A stretch of 63,434 bases of DNA, filler included, from Octopus bimaculoides (GCF_001194135.2; 5 parts of 4 records of this genome joined end to end with filler, not necessarily neighbours in it), one strand, 5' to 3'. Positions 51,196-63,434 are shown, numbered from the whole stretch's first letter. The notes: generated from the letters alone by a model not told the origin. A program made the numbers and translations.

Positions 51196-51394
51196 ACACA
51201 AGGTTACACGCCCTCACGCCATCTCTATCATCACTGACCACAATCAACAAGAATACCATCACCACCAACACCACCATCACTATCATCATCATCATCACCA
51301 TTGCTACTGGCAACACAAGCACCATCATTGCCACCGCCACCACCACTACCAGAAACCCCGTGTAAATACCACATATGACTTATTTAGCTGTTTA

Positions 51395-51605
51395 GGGCCG
51401 CGTGTTGGCAGAATAGTTAGCACACAGGGCAAAACGCATAGCGGCATTTCGTCTGTCTTTATGTTAAGAGTTCAAATTCCGCCGAGGTTGATTTTGCCTT
51501 TTATCCTTTCAGAATCGCTAAAATAAGTACCAGTTGAACACTGGGGTCGATATAATTGGCCTAGCCATTCCCCGGAAATTCTAGTCTTATGCCAAATTAT
51601 AAAAG
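51395..51605 (+). mobile_element. SINE family B
   Basis: Consensus match. Confidence 0.85.
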
Positions 51606-52046
51606 CAACATTATCCAGCCATTTGTTTTGAAATATGGAAATTGTAAACTCCCACATTTGAGTACATATAGTACGGGGCTCCCGTTTTGATATGGTCGTG
51701 TGGAGAAGAAGTCAGTGTCGCAATTTCGTGGCCTCGAGTTATTTGTTTTAACCACCACCAGCACTGCGTAATCATCCGGTTTAAGATCACCACCCGGTCC
51801 TTGGGTGCTTTTAGGCATTCAGGCCAGGACTCCGGTCTGAGGATGGTTTCCCCTCTTCCTCTTTCTTTCTTTCAAGTTTCGGAGGCCCTGAAAAAATTAA
51901 TAGGTCCGGATTGCTGCCCTCCCTCCCTGACTAAGCAGTAAAAAAAATCAAACAATTACAAATGGTGACACTTTCACGTTTGGTGGCCTTGGACATTGTA
52001 TCATATTATATTGCACACTATACCAAATACAAGTAAACAGACAGAC

Positions 52047-52113
<67 letters not shown>

Positions 52114-52252
52114 GAAAGAGAGATAGATAGATAGATAAAGGTGGGATTGGAAGATGAGCTGCTAATGCAACTTAATCTGATATAAGATAAAATAACTAAA
52201 AGGTGTATTTTAGTATTAGTAACATAAACCTCACCAACCACGCATGAAATAC

Positions 52253-52391
52253 CTTCGTTACAAACAGCAGACTTGACGCCCAAACTATTTCCACGTCGTG
52301 GACAGAAAGAAGACACCTGACGGCTGTCCATGAGCAACGTGACATTGAACACAGACACAACATTGTTATCAGAATCGCAACCCACGCCCCG
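52253..52391 (-). CDS. Candidate 139-nt exon (RGVGCDSDNNVVSVFNVTLLMDSRQVSSFCPRRGNSLGVKSAVCNE or GAWVAILITMLCLCSMSRCSWTAV...)
   Basis: Acceptor ttaccttcgtctacAG and donor AAG|GTATTT; non-repetitive island with two open frames. Confidence 0.35.
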
Positions 52392-53784
52392 CTGTAGACG
52401 AAGGTAACACACACACACATACACGCACACACACACACACACACGCACACACACAAATATATATACTCTTTACTCTTTTACNNNNNNNNNNNNNNNNNNN
52501 NNNNNNNNNNNNNNNNNNNNNNNNNNNNNNNNNNNNNNNNNNNNNNNNNNNNNNNNNNNNNNNNNNNNNNNNNNNNNNNNNNNNNNNNNNNNNNNNNNNN
52601 NNNNNNNNNNNNNNNNNNNNNNNNNNNNNNNNNNNNNNNNNNNNNNNNNNNNNNNNNNNNNNNNNNNNNNNNNNNNNNNNNNNNNNNNNNNNNNNNNNNN
52701 NNNNNNNNNNNNNNNNNNNNNNNNNNNNNNNNNNNNNNNNNNNNNNNNNNNNNNNNNNNNNNNNNNNNNNNNNNNNNNNNNNNNNNNNNNNNNNNNNNNN
52801 NNNNNNNNNNNNNNNNNNNNNNNNNNNNNNNNNNNNNNNNNNNNNNNNNNNNNNNNNNNNNNNNNNNNNNNNNNNNNNNNNNNNNNNNNNNNNNNNNNNN
52901 NNNNNNNNNNNNNNNNNNNNNNNNNNNNNNNNNNNNNNNNNNNNNNNNNNNNNNNNNNNNNNNNNNNNNNNNNNNNNNNNNNNNNNNNNNNNNNNNNNNN
53001 NNNNNNNNNNNNNNNNNNNNNNNNNNNNNNNNNNNNNNNNNNNNNNNNNNNNNNNNNNNNNNNNNNNNNNNNNNNNNNNNNNNNNNNNNNNNNNNNNNNN
53101 NNNNNNNNNNNNNATATATATAGACATATATATATATTATATACATATATATTAACTATATATTATGCATATGTATAGACACACACACACACACACATGT
53201 GACTGAGAAATTTCGTAGGGACGCCAATTGCATGAAACATAATATTCAAGCGATTGCTACAATGCTTACGTAATGCAATTAACAGAAAATATGCTAATTA
53301 AATTACATTTGCAGTGAACAGAATAAAACAAAGACTAAATAACCAAAATTAATTAAATATGACCACGGGAAGGAGTGAGTGGGAGGCAACACTGAAATTT
53401 TAATTAAGGAAATCTTGAGAAGATGAAAATATTAACTCGTAAACAAAAGCTACCGACGTGAATATCATGACTAGAACACCTCTGCAACATACGTGATACA
53501 CATTCCCAATTTGTTCTCTACCACCAGAGTAACTTGGGAATAATGAAAGGAAAGCTTTATATTACTCAAAACGTATATGAAACAAGGGCTAACTAGAAGT
53601 TCGACAACAAGCATGGACGTTTAGATAGATAGATAGAGTTCAAATCCCGTGATGTTCAACTTTGTCATTCATCCTCTCGAGGGCCAATAGAACCAATAAA
53701 ATACCAGTCAAGGACTGGGACCAATGTTATCTACTTGCCCCACTCTCCCTAAAATTGCTGGCCTTATCCCAAAATATCTATGAA

Positions 53785-54115
53785 ATGGGTCAGTGGTTAG
53801 AGCTTCGGGCTGACAATCATGAGGTAGTGAGTTCGACTCCCGGACCGGGCTACGTGTTGTGTTCTTTAGTAAGACACTTTATTTCACGTTGCTCCAGTTA
53901 ACTCAGCTGTAGAAATGAGTTGTGACATCACTGGTGCCAAGCTGTATCGACCTCGTTGCCTTTCCCTTGAATAACATCAGTGGCCAGGAGAGGGAAGGCT
54001 GGTATGCTTGGGCGACTGCTGGTCTTCCATAAACAACCTTGTCCACACTTGTGCTTCGGACGATAACTTTCTAGGTGCAATCTCATGGTCATTTATGACC
54101 GAAGAGGGCATTTAC
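53785..54115 (+). mobile_element. tRNA-derived SINE family C2, near full length
   Basis: Head gggtcagtggttagagc..gagttcgactcccggacc plus the core shared with 23985-24225 and 58005-58225. Confidence 0.9.
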
Positions 54116-54460
54116 TCTATAACATTACAACACGACTAAAGACGAAGGAACGAAAGCTTTTTACTTTTACATTATGGTCGACATAATTGTTTTTCTCCTT
54201 CCTTCTTCTTTAGGGAAACTTGAGGTTAAATAAGTAACCATTTTTATTACCAAGATAAACGATCACTGAAAGGGACTCCCTAGGTGACTCCGGGAACTGG
54301 TTGTCTTCGCTGCTGCCGTCGCTTGGCGGGTTATTCGCCGCTGCCGTTGTTTGGCGGTTGTTCTGGCTATGTTATTTGAATCCTTTTCCAGTCCAAAACA
54401 TTTTCATAATTTATCCTACAAACACACACACACATGCATATATATATATATACATATATA

Positions 54461-54608
54461 CGACGGGCTTCTTTCAGTTTCCGTCTACCAAATCCGCTCA
54501 CAAGGCTTTGGTCGGCTATAGTAGAAGACACTTGCCCAAGGTGCCACGTAGTGGGACTGAACCCGGAACCATGTGGTTTGTAAGCAAGCTACTTACCACA
54601 CAGCCACA
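54461..54608 (-). mobile_element. SINE family A, near consensus
   Basis: Reverse-complement match. Confidence 0.92.
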
Positions 54609-54844
54609 GGAAAGAAATTAGAATTAATTTCTTTCTTGGATAAACTTTTGGAATATGGCGTGGCAGTCATTGATGGAACGTCTTTGATTATAAGTCGGAC
54701 TAGTCAGATCTGACCTAGGGTTAAGCAACAACAACAACTGCAGCAGCAACAACACTTCTATCGCCATCTCCGAAAATAGCAATATCCCCATCGCCGACAT
54801 TGAGAGCAACAATAGCGAGAAGAACAATGATAATACTATTATTT

Positions 54845-55190
54845 AACACCACCACCACCAACAAGAGCACAACCAACACTACCACCAGAACCACACTACC
54901 ACCACCATCGCCACTCCTACCACTACCACCATGACCACCACGACCATCGCTACTTCTACTACCACCACTACCACTACTACAAACACCACTATCACCACCA
55001 TCACTACCACCATTACCACCACCACTACTACCAACACTACCACAACCACCATCACTACCACCATCATTATTACTGCCACTACCACCACCACCGCCACCAC
55101 CACCATCGGTACCACTGCCACAACAACCACCACCACTACCAGTATCACTACCATCATTGCTACCACGGCCACCACTACCACCACCATCAC
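54845..55190. repeat. Compound (ACC/ACT/ATC)n trinucleotide repeat
   Basis: Low complexity, running into an N gap. Confidence 0.9.
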
Positions 55191-56079
55191 NNNNNNNNNN
55201 NNNNNNNNNNNNNNNNNNNNNNNNNNNNNNNNNNNNNNNNNNNNNNNNNNNNNNNNNNNNNNNNNNNNNNNNNNNNNNNNNNNNNNNNNNNNNNNNNNNN
55301 NNNNNNNNNNNNNNNNNNNNNNNNNNNNNNNNNNNNNNNNNNNNNNNNNNNNNNNNNNNNNNNNNNNNNNNNNNNNNNNNNNNNNNNNNNNNNNNNNNNN
55401 NNNNNNNNNNNNNNNNNNNNNNNNNNNNNNNNNNNNNNNNNNNNNNNNNNNNNNNNNNNNNNNNNNNNNNNNNNNNNNNNNNNNNNNNNNNNNNNNNNNN
55501 NNNNNNNNNNNNNNNNNNNNNNNNNNNNNNNNNNNNNNNNNNNNNNNNNNNNNNNNNNNNNNNGGAAAAGAAGATAAAACGAAAGAGGAGAAAAACATAG
55601 GGTGTTTAATATGAATAATAATAATGGACGGGTGGGACGCGGTGGTGGTGGGGGATAAATATTGCGGGGGCGGACGTTGACAGACGCTGTAGATATTTGT
55701 TTATGAAGTGTTCAAGTGGAGAACCGAAGTCAAGGTCAACAGATTTCATTGTTGTTACATAAACCGGAAGTTAATGGAAGTCATGTCATGTGACATATCA
55801 ATAATGATTCCATTGCGCGCCGGTGTTTTGCATCTGTTGTTGTTGTTGTAGTCGTTCGTAGTAGTCATGATGATGGTGGTGGTGGTGGTATAGATGTTGT
55901 TTTTGATGAACCTGATAGACGCTACTTCATCTCTTTCTTTCATAACAATGTCGTTCAATGCTGACGTTACATAATGCGCATCCCATACAGACAAACAGAC
56001 AGGTAGATAGATAGATAGATAGATAGACAGACAGATAGATAGGTAGGTAGATAGATAGATAGATAGAGAGAGATGGATG

Positions 56080-56112
<33 letters not shown>

Positions 56113-56261
56113 GTTTCTTTATTAGCCACACAGGGCTCAACACAGAGGGGACAAAATACAANNNNNNNNNNNNNNNNNNNNNNNNNNNNNNNNNNNNNNN
56201 NNNNNTTAATTAATTAANNNNNNNNNNNNNNNNNNNNNNNNNNNNNNNNNNNNNNNNNNNN

Positions 56262-56301
<40 letters not shown>

Positions 56302-56699
56302 TATATATATGTGCATGTGTATCTTTGTGTTTATGTTTACATCCCACCACCAAACGACAGCCGGTGTTGGTTTGTTTACATCCCTGTAACTCAGCAGCAG
56401 ATACCGATAGAACAAGTAGCAGGCTTCAGAAAATAAGCACTGGGATCAATTTGTTCTACTAAAAACCTTTTGCTGGTGGTACCCCAGCATGGCCACAGTC
56501 CAACGACAGAGACAAATACAAACAGCCACACACACACACACACACCAACACACACTCATACATACATACATATATGTGTGTGTGTGAGTATATATATATA
56601 TATGGATTATATATACACACACAACACACACGCACAAACACAAACACACAGACACAGCACGCACTCGTAGGAATTTACCCCTACCATCACCACCACCGA

Positions 56700-57225
56700 G
56701 AACAACAACGACAACAACATTAACTACAATGACGTAACTTAGTAATGACGCAATGATGAGGCGGTAACGATAATGGGGAAGATGAGGATGACTGTGGTGA
56801 TGCCAATGATGATGATGATGATGGTGGTGGTAGTGGTGATGATGGGGATGATGATGATGATGATGACGACGATGACGATAGCAATGATGGTGATGACGAT
56901 GATGATGATAATGGTGGTGGTAGTGGTGGTGGTGGTCGTGATGATGGGGATGATGATGACGATGGTGATGGTGATGATGATGATGACGATGGTGATGGTG
57001 ATGATGATGACGACGACGACGATGATGATGATGGTGGTGGTAGTGGTGGTGGTGGTCGTGATGATGGGGATGATGATGACGACGATAATGATGATGATGA
57101 TGATGACGATGGTGATGATGATGATGATTGTGATGATGATGATGATGACGATGGTAATGGTGATGATGATGATGATGATGATGACAAGAACAACGATGAT
57201 GATGATGGTGGTGGTGGTGGTGGTT
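56700..57225. repeat. Compound (GAT/GGT/GAC)n trinucleotide repeat with internal ~120 bp duplication
   Basis: Low complexity; the segment ggtggtggtagtggtggtggtggtcgtgatgatggggatg occurs twice. Confidence 0.9.
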
Positions 57226-57679
57226 GCAATGACACTGTCGCGATGACGCCGCCGGCAATGACAACACGTCCGATCGACATACATTATGCAAGACACTGGT
57301 CACCGCCTTCACTGCTGCATCGAGTTCTGCAGGTGTTGATGCAGCAGGTGGTAGGTAGAAGAGAGAGAGAGGAGGAGGAGGAGGAGGTGGGGTGGGTACA
57401 CACGGAGGAGGAGGAGGGGGAAGGATAAGGGAATGAGTCACACATTGTTCGACAGAACAGCTGATCTGTCGTCGCCTGCATTTGCCGATGGAAGGCGGCG
57501 TGACACTGCGCCATCTCGACTACCGGTGCACTGTCTGCAGATGGTGCACTAATTTGTCTCACCCTACTCTGCCTCTTTCGCCTCTCTCACCCAGTACACT
57601 GCAGCTGTCCTACTACTGCATCAGTTCATCATGGGAACTGAGCCAAGAAGGCCACTCATTGTGCCAAAAATAGCAGCAG

Positions 57680-59270
57680 CCTGAACCTTCTTCAAACCAC
57701 ACCCTTCTGTCTTAAAACGAAATGGAAGGACACTTTGAATGCTCCTAGATACTTTATGTCTCAATAAAAGACAGGATGGTCACATTTGGACATAGTCATG
57801 GTTTGGAGCACTTAAAATTACAGGTCTGTTGGACAAGGATTAACACAGAGTCTAAGAAAGAACACATTGGATAATGTATTCCTAGATATATTACGTCTGA
57901 ATGAAAGACAAGATGGTCACAAGATCACTCACTCTGCTAAAAATAGCTGCAGCCCAGACCTTCAAACAACACCCTTCTGTCTTGCCTTCTCAAGTCATTC
58001 ATAAGGGCTGGTTTCCTGGTTTCGCAGCATATATATTCCCCACCTGGATAGGATGCTAGTCTGTCACAGGGTTACTCACTTTTACCAGCTGAGTGGACTG
58101 GAGCCATGTAAAATGAAGTGTTTTACTCATAAATACAATGCGTCACCTGATCTCCAGGAATTGAAACCACAATCTTACAATTATGAGTCCAACACTCTAA
58201 CCGCTCAGCCACATCCCTCCACTCCCATACACACTATGTCTGAATGAACGATAAGATGGTCACAAGCTGTCTAGCTTCCGTGCCAGAGACACGTAAATAG
58301 CACCATTTGAACGTGATCGTTACCAGCGTCACCTTACTGGCACGTGAAAAACCATTTGAGCGAGATCGTTGCCAGTGCCCCTGAACTGGCTCTTGTGCAG
58401 GTTGCACGTAAAATACACCATTTGGAGCATGGCCGTTGCCAGTACCACCTGACTGGCCTTCATGCTGGTTGCACGTAAGAGCACCCACTACACTCTCGGA
58501 GTGGTTGGCGTTAGGAAGGGCATTATACATTATATCTGAATGAAAGACAAGATGGTCATAAGGTCACTTTTTCTGCTAAAAACAGCAGCAGCCTAAGCCT
58601 TCTTCAAACCACACCCTTCTGTCTTAAAATGAAATGGAAAGATATGAAAGACACTTGATCCTAGATCTGCTGAATCAGGTCTGATTTGGGGGTAAACAAC
58701 AATGAGAACAGGAACGGGTACATTAGACAATGTAGTCCTAGATACACTATGCCTGAATAAAAGATAGGATGGTCATAGCTGGAAGTACCCTTGATCATAG
58801 GTTTGCTGGATAAGGACTGACCTGGGGCTAAACAAAAACAACAAGGAATGACACATTAGACAATGTAGCCCTAGCTACACCATGTCTGAAAAAAAGACAA
58901 GATGGTCGTAGGTGGAAACACCCTTGATCATAGGTCTTTTGGACCAGGGCTTACCTAGGGTTAAAAAATGACAACAGAAGGAAACATTAGATGATGTAGT
59001 CCTAGATACACTATGTCTGAATAACAGACAGGATGGTCATGGCTAGAAACACCTTTGATCATTGCTCTTCACATTTATGCCAGACCTTGGATTAAACAGC
59101 AGCAGCAACAAGGGAAGAATACATCAGACAATGTAGTCCTAGATACACAAGTCCAGGAAAAAAAAAAATAAAACATTTGCAGTGTGGAACATAATAATAA
59201 TAATAATAAATAAATAAATGACACATTCCAGATGGTTATAACTGGAATCCTTTTGATCTCAGATTTGCCA
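57680..59270 (+). repeat. Degenerate tandem array of the ~120 bp family (acattagacaatgtagtcctagatacactatgtctgaataaaagacaggatggtcat..gacctggggctaaac), interrupted by a SINE (58005-58225) and an RTE-related repeat (58262-58525)
   Basis: At least 8 recognisable units. Confidence 0.85.
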
Positions 59271-59383
59271 TGTTAGGACTGCTCGGGGTTAAACAACAAC
59301 AACACCATAACAACGACAACAAAAGCAGTAATCCTACCACATCCCCTCCTCCTCTCACTTCTTCCCTGGCTCCATCTTGACAG

Positions 59384-59461
59384 TGACACCCACACCTACG
59401 ACCACACCCATTCATCAAGTGTGACGCATGGTCTTGTGGACACAAGCGGTCTGCTGACCAG
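59384..59461 (+). CDS. Candidate 78-nt symmetric (phase 2-2) exon, DTHTYDHTHSSSVTHGLVDTSGLLT
   Basis: Long pyrimidine tract ending ccatcttgacAG and donor CAG|GTAGGT; only one frame is open. Confidence 0.35.
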
Positions 59462-59573
59462 GTAGGTTGCGTGCGTGCGCGATGTCAGGCAGTGCACGGC
59501 GCCCTGCGAATACTCTTACATTCACTGCCTGCAACTAACTCCTCCCTTCCACCACCTCCCATTGATCCCGCTG

Positions 59574-59614
<41 letters not shown>

Positions 59615-59692
59615 CACATACACTCTCTCTCTCTTTCTGTCTATCTTTCTCTCTCATGCATGCTTTCTGTATATGAATGTATGTATAGATAC

Positions 59693-59742
<50 letters not shown>

Positions 59743-60224
59743 TTATATATGTGTGTATATAAGTATGTATTCTTTTTTTTTACTTTTACTTGTTTCAGTC
59801 ATCTGACTGCGGCCATGCTGGAGCACTGCCTTTTAGTCGAGCAAATCGACCCCAGGACTTATTCTTTGTAAGCCTAGTACGTATTCTATCGGTCTTTTTT
59901 GCCCCCTATGTCAGTACAAATCCGTTTTATCCTCAAAAGTTGGGATTTCGGAGTTGACTGAATAATATGATGCGGATGATCGGAGCGGCAGTGGAGATAA
60001 ATGTGGGATGACGTGGGCTTACAAAATAATCAGTTAAAATCAGAAACCATGAGAGCCACTGTCTGGTACTGCATCAGGGCATATTATTATTATTATTTTG
60101 GTAACCATGGATGTTTTTTTCCTTATATTTCCAATATTGACCACCATGAAGGGGTAGAAGCATGCATGGATGCCTTCGAAAAACAGTCTAACAAAAGTAT
60201 TCCATCAAATTTTTTCTGTATCAA

Positions 60225-60325
60225 TGCCAAAAGAATGAAAGGTATAGTTGACTTTGGTGGAATTTGAACTCAGAATGTAGTGATGGGTGAAATACAGCGA
60301 AACATTTCGTCCAGCTTGCCACCTT
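60225..60325 (-). mobile_element. SINE family B, partial
   Basis: Reverse-complement match. Confidence 0.75.
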
Positions 60326-60429
60326 AATAATGATGATGATGATGATGATTATAATGATAATTGACATAACATGCCCTGGTAACAACAGGTTCAGTGTGAA
60401 AGAAGAATAAAAAATAAACAACTGTGACG

Positions 60430-60760
60430 ATTTGAGTGGGAAATACGAAAGTCGTGGTCAATGAAGGGAGTAGACATGATACCAAGAGTAATTGGTGCGT
60501 TTGGAAGTATCAGCATTTAACTACCAATATGGCTGGAAAAGATTGGTGCAAGTGTGAAAGTAGAACACCTACAAAAATCAGCCATGCTTGGAACTGCAAG
60601 AATTCTTGGCAGGGTTCTTCAAGCATGACCAGTAAAACAAAGTGTCACCTTAGTCTGCTGGCTGTGGACGCCTGACACTTTCAATCGTACCCAGTAAAAT
60701 AAGCTGTGAGTTTTCACCACATAATATTAATAATAACAACAACAACAATAACATTATTGT
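60430..60760 (+). pseudogene. 3' end of an R4/Dong-type LINE with simple-repeat tail
   Basis: WEIRKSWSMKGVDMIPRVIGAFGSISI*LPIWLEKIGASVKVEHLQKSAMLGTARILGRVLQA* (stop 60626-28), then 3' UTR and an (AAT/AAC)n tail. Confidence 0.88.
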
Positions 60761-60774
60761 AGCTTTTCTGTTCA

Positions 60775-61300
60775 TGCCCATGCATCACACAAACTGCTTT
60801 TTACTCTAAGGGAGAGACTTTTGTCAAAAAGAGAGAAAATATTTTCTTTGACTTTTTTCATTCTGTTTTGCTGCTGCACATTCAGCAGAGCATACCAGCT
60901 TCTTTCCATTCTAATCTTTCCATGTCCTCTACATTCAGGGCTTACGTTTCACTACCATGTAACATTGCTGTTCTTGTTCATGCTTCACATGAACTGCCTT
61001 TTACTCTAAGGGAGACTCTTGTTATGAAAAGAGAAATTTATTTCTTAGACTTTCTGCATTCTGTTCTGAGATTGCACACTCAGCAGAGCATACCAGCTTC
61101 ATTCCATTCTAGTTTTTGCATGTCCTTTTCATTCAGAGTCTATGTCTCACTACCATATAACATTGCTTTTCATGTTCATGCTTCACACAAACTGCCTTTT
61201 ACTTTAAGAGAGAGAGAGAGAGAGAGACTTGTTACCAATAGAGGAGATATTTCCTTGAGCATCTTCCATTCTGTTCTAACCCTAGCAATGATACTTTTTC
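60775..61300 (-). pseudogene. Tandemly triplicated (~198 bp period) RTE LINE fragment
   Basis: Minus peptide SLRVKGS.CEA.TRTAMLHGSET*ALNVEDMERLEWKEAGMLC*MC; landmark ctgccttttactctaag near 60795, 60995 and 61193. Confidence 0.82.
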
Positions 61301-61528
61301 AGAACATCCTCCTTCATTGCTAATTAGGTCACCTTAGGTAACAGAAATTACCTACAACCTCTAGGGATCTATTTGAGGGAATCTATTTCCTGTGTTGTTA
61401 ATGTTTCCTGCTCCTGCACATCACACACACACATACACACACACACATATTTACATATACATATACATACATATATACATGTGTACCTATATAAACGTGT
61501 GTGTGTGTGTGCGTGCATATATATATGT

Positions 61529-61608
<80 letters not shown>

Positions 61609-61856
61609 ATATACATATACATATATGTATATATACATGTATGTATGTATGTATGTATGTATACATATATTTACACACACACATATATGTGTGTGTGTAT
61701 AAACAGTGAGAGTGAGCTAGACAAGAATGAGAATGATAGATAGATATGCAAATAAACACACTTACATACATACACAGATATGCAAATACACATATAAATG
61801 TGTGTGTGTGTGTACATAAATAAAAATCAGGTGACATAATTAGCCAGATAACTTAC

Positions 61857-61918
61857 CTGGCAGCTACAGGTGACTCACTCTCCCAACGATGTAACAACCA
61901 GCTGTTGATCGGATTCAT
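61857..61918 (-). CDS. Candidate exon end or start exon (MNPINSWLLHRWESESPVAA, phase 2)
   Basis: Perfect donor CAG|GTAAGT at 61856-61851; overlaps two AP-1 sites, so it could be a UTR exon or an enhancer. Confidence 0.25.
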
Positions 61919-62219
61919 GAGTCACTCATCTCAGAGCCCCTCCACCCACACCCACACCACCACCTTCCCCTCCTGCTCTGTCACATTACAGGAACACTCC
62001 ATAACTCTATACTAGACTGATCAAACGTCTGTGATATAATCGTGTGTGTGTGTGTGTGTGTGAGAGAGAGAACGTGTGCTTCTGTCTAACACTGTGCTTG
62101 TAAAAATAAGTCAATTTTAACTGTTTGTATTATATTGCATATATATGTGTGTATGCATGCACACATGCGTATGCACATATATGCATATAATGTAAATGGT
62201 GTGTTTGTGTGTATATATT

Positions 62220-62455
62220 AAGGGTGGCGAACTGGCAGAAACGTTAGCACACTGGGTGAAATGCTTAGCACTATTTCATCTGTCTCCATGTTCTGAGTTC
62301 AAATTCCGCCGAGGTCGAATTCACCTTTCATTCTTTCGGGGTCGATTAAATAAGTACCAGTTATGCACTGGGATCGATGTAATCGACTTAACCCTTTTGT
62401 CTGTCCTTGTTTTGTCCCCTCTAATGTTTAGCCCCTTGTGGGCAATAAAGAAATA
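62220..62455 (+). mobile_element. SINE family B, full length
   Basis: Consensus match including tail. Confidence 0.92.
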
Positions 62456-62804
62456 AATATATATATATGTATGTATGCACACACACACACATATATGTAC
62501 ACACATGTGTGTGTGTGTGTATTTTATATGTATATCTATATGTATATCTATATTTTGTTCATTTTTTGTAATTGTGAAATTTTTTCGCCATGAACGGTTT
62601 GTGCTTTTAAACGGAATGTATTTTTTCTGATGTTATATTTGTTCCTGAATGATGTGTAAAGAAATTTTGATTTAAGTCACTTAATGAATTCTTTATACTG
62701 AAATATATATTGAAGAAGATAAATATGTTCTTTTGAATTTATACGTTTTTGCGTCGTAACTCCTTTATTATTATTAATATATCTATATGTATATATTTTT
62801 TACC

Positions 62805-63060
62805 TTTTATCTTTTACTTGATTCAGTCATTAGACTGCAGCCAGGCTGGGGCACCGCCTTGAATACTTTATTAAATGAATCAACCCCAATACTTATTTTT
62901 TAAGCCTGGTACAAGGTCACCACTTTCAATGCCCACCCTCTCTCAAAGATTCTTTGTCTTGCAAGTTGCTTGGCAACCCTGCTACTGCTGGTGCCATGTA
63001 AAAAGCATCCAGTCCACACTGTAAAGTGGGTGGCATTTGGAAGGGCACCCAGCTGTAAAA
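62805..63060. mobile_element. Repeat family E segment plus RTE-related repeat fragment
   Basis: cttttacttgattcagtcattagactgcagcc.. and gtaaaaagcatccagtccacactgtaaagtgg..ggaagggcacccagctgtaaaa. Confidence 0.7.
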
Positions 63061-63072
63061 TAGACAGACGGG

Positions 63073-63112
<40 letters not shown>

Positions 63113-63164
63113 AGACAGACCAAATGATAGATAGATAGATAGATAGATAGAAGACAGACCAAAT

Positions 63165-63205
<41 letters not shown>

Positions 63206-63293
63206 GTAGGTAGATAGATAGATAGGAGACAAGCCGACAGACAGATAGATAGGTAGGTAGATAGATAGATAGGAGACAAGCCGACAGACAGAC

Positions 63294-63352
<59 letters not shown>

Positions 63353-63434
63353 AAGGTAGATAGATAGATAGATACATTTCTTTTATTAGCCACACAGGGC
63401 TCAACAAAGATGGGACAAATACAATGAAGAGCTT

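Noticed and set aside
51867-51941. Strong acceptor with VSEALKKLIGPDCCPPSLTKQ
   Set aside because: Only weak donors and nearby in-frame stops; no supporting context
54845-55190. Thr-rich mucin-like ORF
   Set aside because: A simple ACC/ACT repeat ending in a gap; cannot be distinguished from a non-coding microsatellite
2212-55614. Long ORFs in the track containing X runs or YI/CV/HT/LSIY repeats
   Set aside because: They are translations of N gaps and TA/CA/GATA/TATG microsatellites
56446-57441. His-rich (minus) or Asp/Gly-rich (plus) ORF suggesting a metal-binding or biomineral protein
   Set aside because: GAT/GGT trinucleotide repeats are stop-free in most frames by composition; similar tracts occur at 36.4, 41.4, 51.2 and 54.9 kb, and there are no convincing splice or start signals
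58298-58312. TAGCACCATTTGAA matching the 5' part of miR-29
   Set aside because: It lies in an internally repeated transposon-derived sequence and has no precursor hairpin

Overview
AT-rich eukaryotic scaffold with many N gaps, four of which contain an artificial TTAATTAATTAA all-frame-stop linker. The repeat content (tRNA-derived SINE families, TA/CA/GATA/TATG microsatellites, RTE and R4/Dong LINE relics, a mariner fragment) is typical of an octopod cephalopod assembly; Octopus bimaculoides-like is my inference. There is no intact multi-domain ORF. Almost every ORF in the supplied track is a microsatellite or N-gap artefact. The window reads as intronic or intergenic DNA. It holds a few short candidate exons: a phase-compatible plus-strand set at 21294, 36649 and 59384, and a minus-strand set at 61857, 52253 and 32624. 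The main unexplained structure is a set of about nine hammerhead-ribozyme (HHR) cores from several sequence families. They include two palindromes (33378-34008 and 37146-37327) in which each arm encodes a type I hammerhead, back-to-back on opposite strands. A third copy of the 37 kb family at 50.4 kb shows compensatory base changes. Also present are two stand-alone tRNA-like folds with Pol III terminators, two decayed unassigned reading frames, and a pre-miRNA-like hairpin. All structures were read by eye. Boundaries of repeats are approximate.
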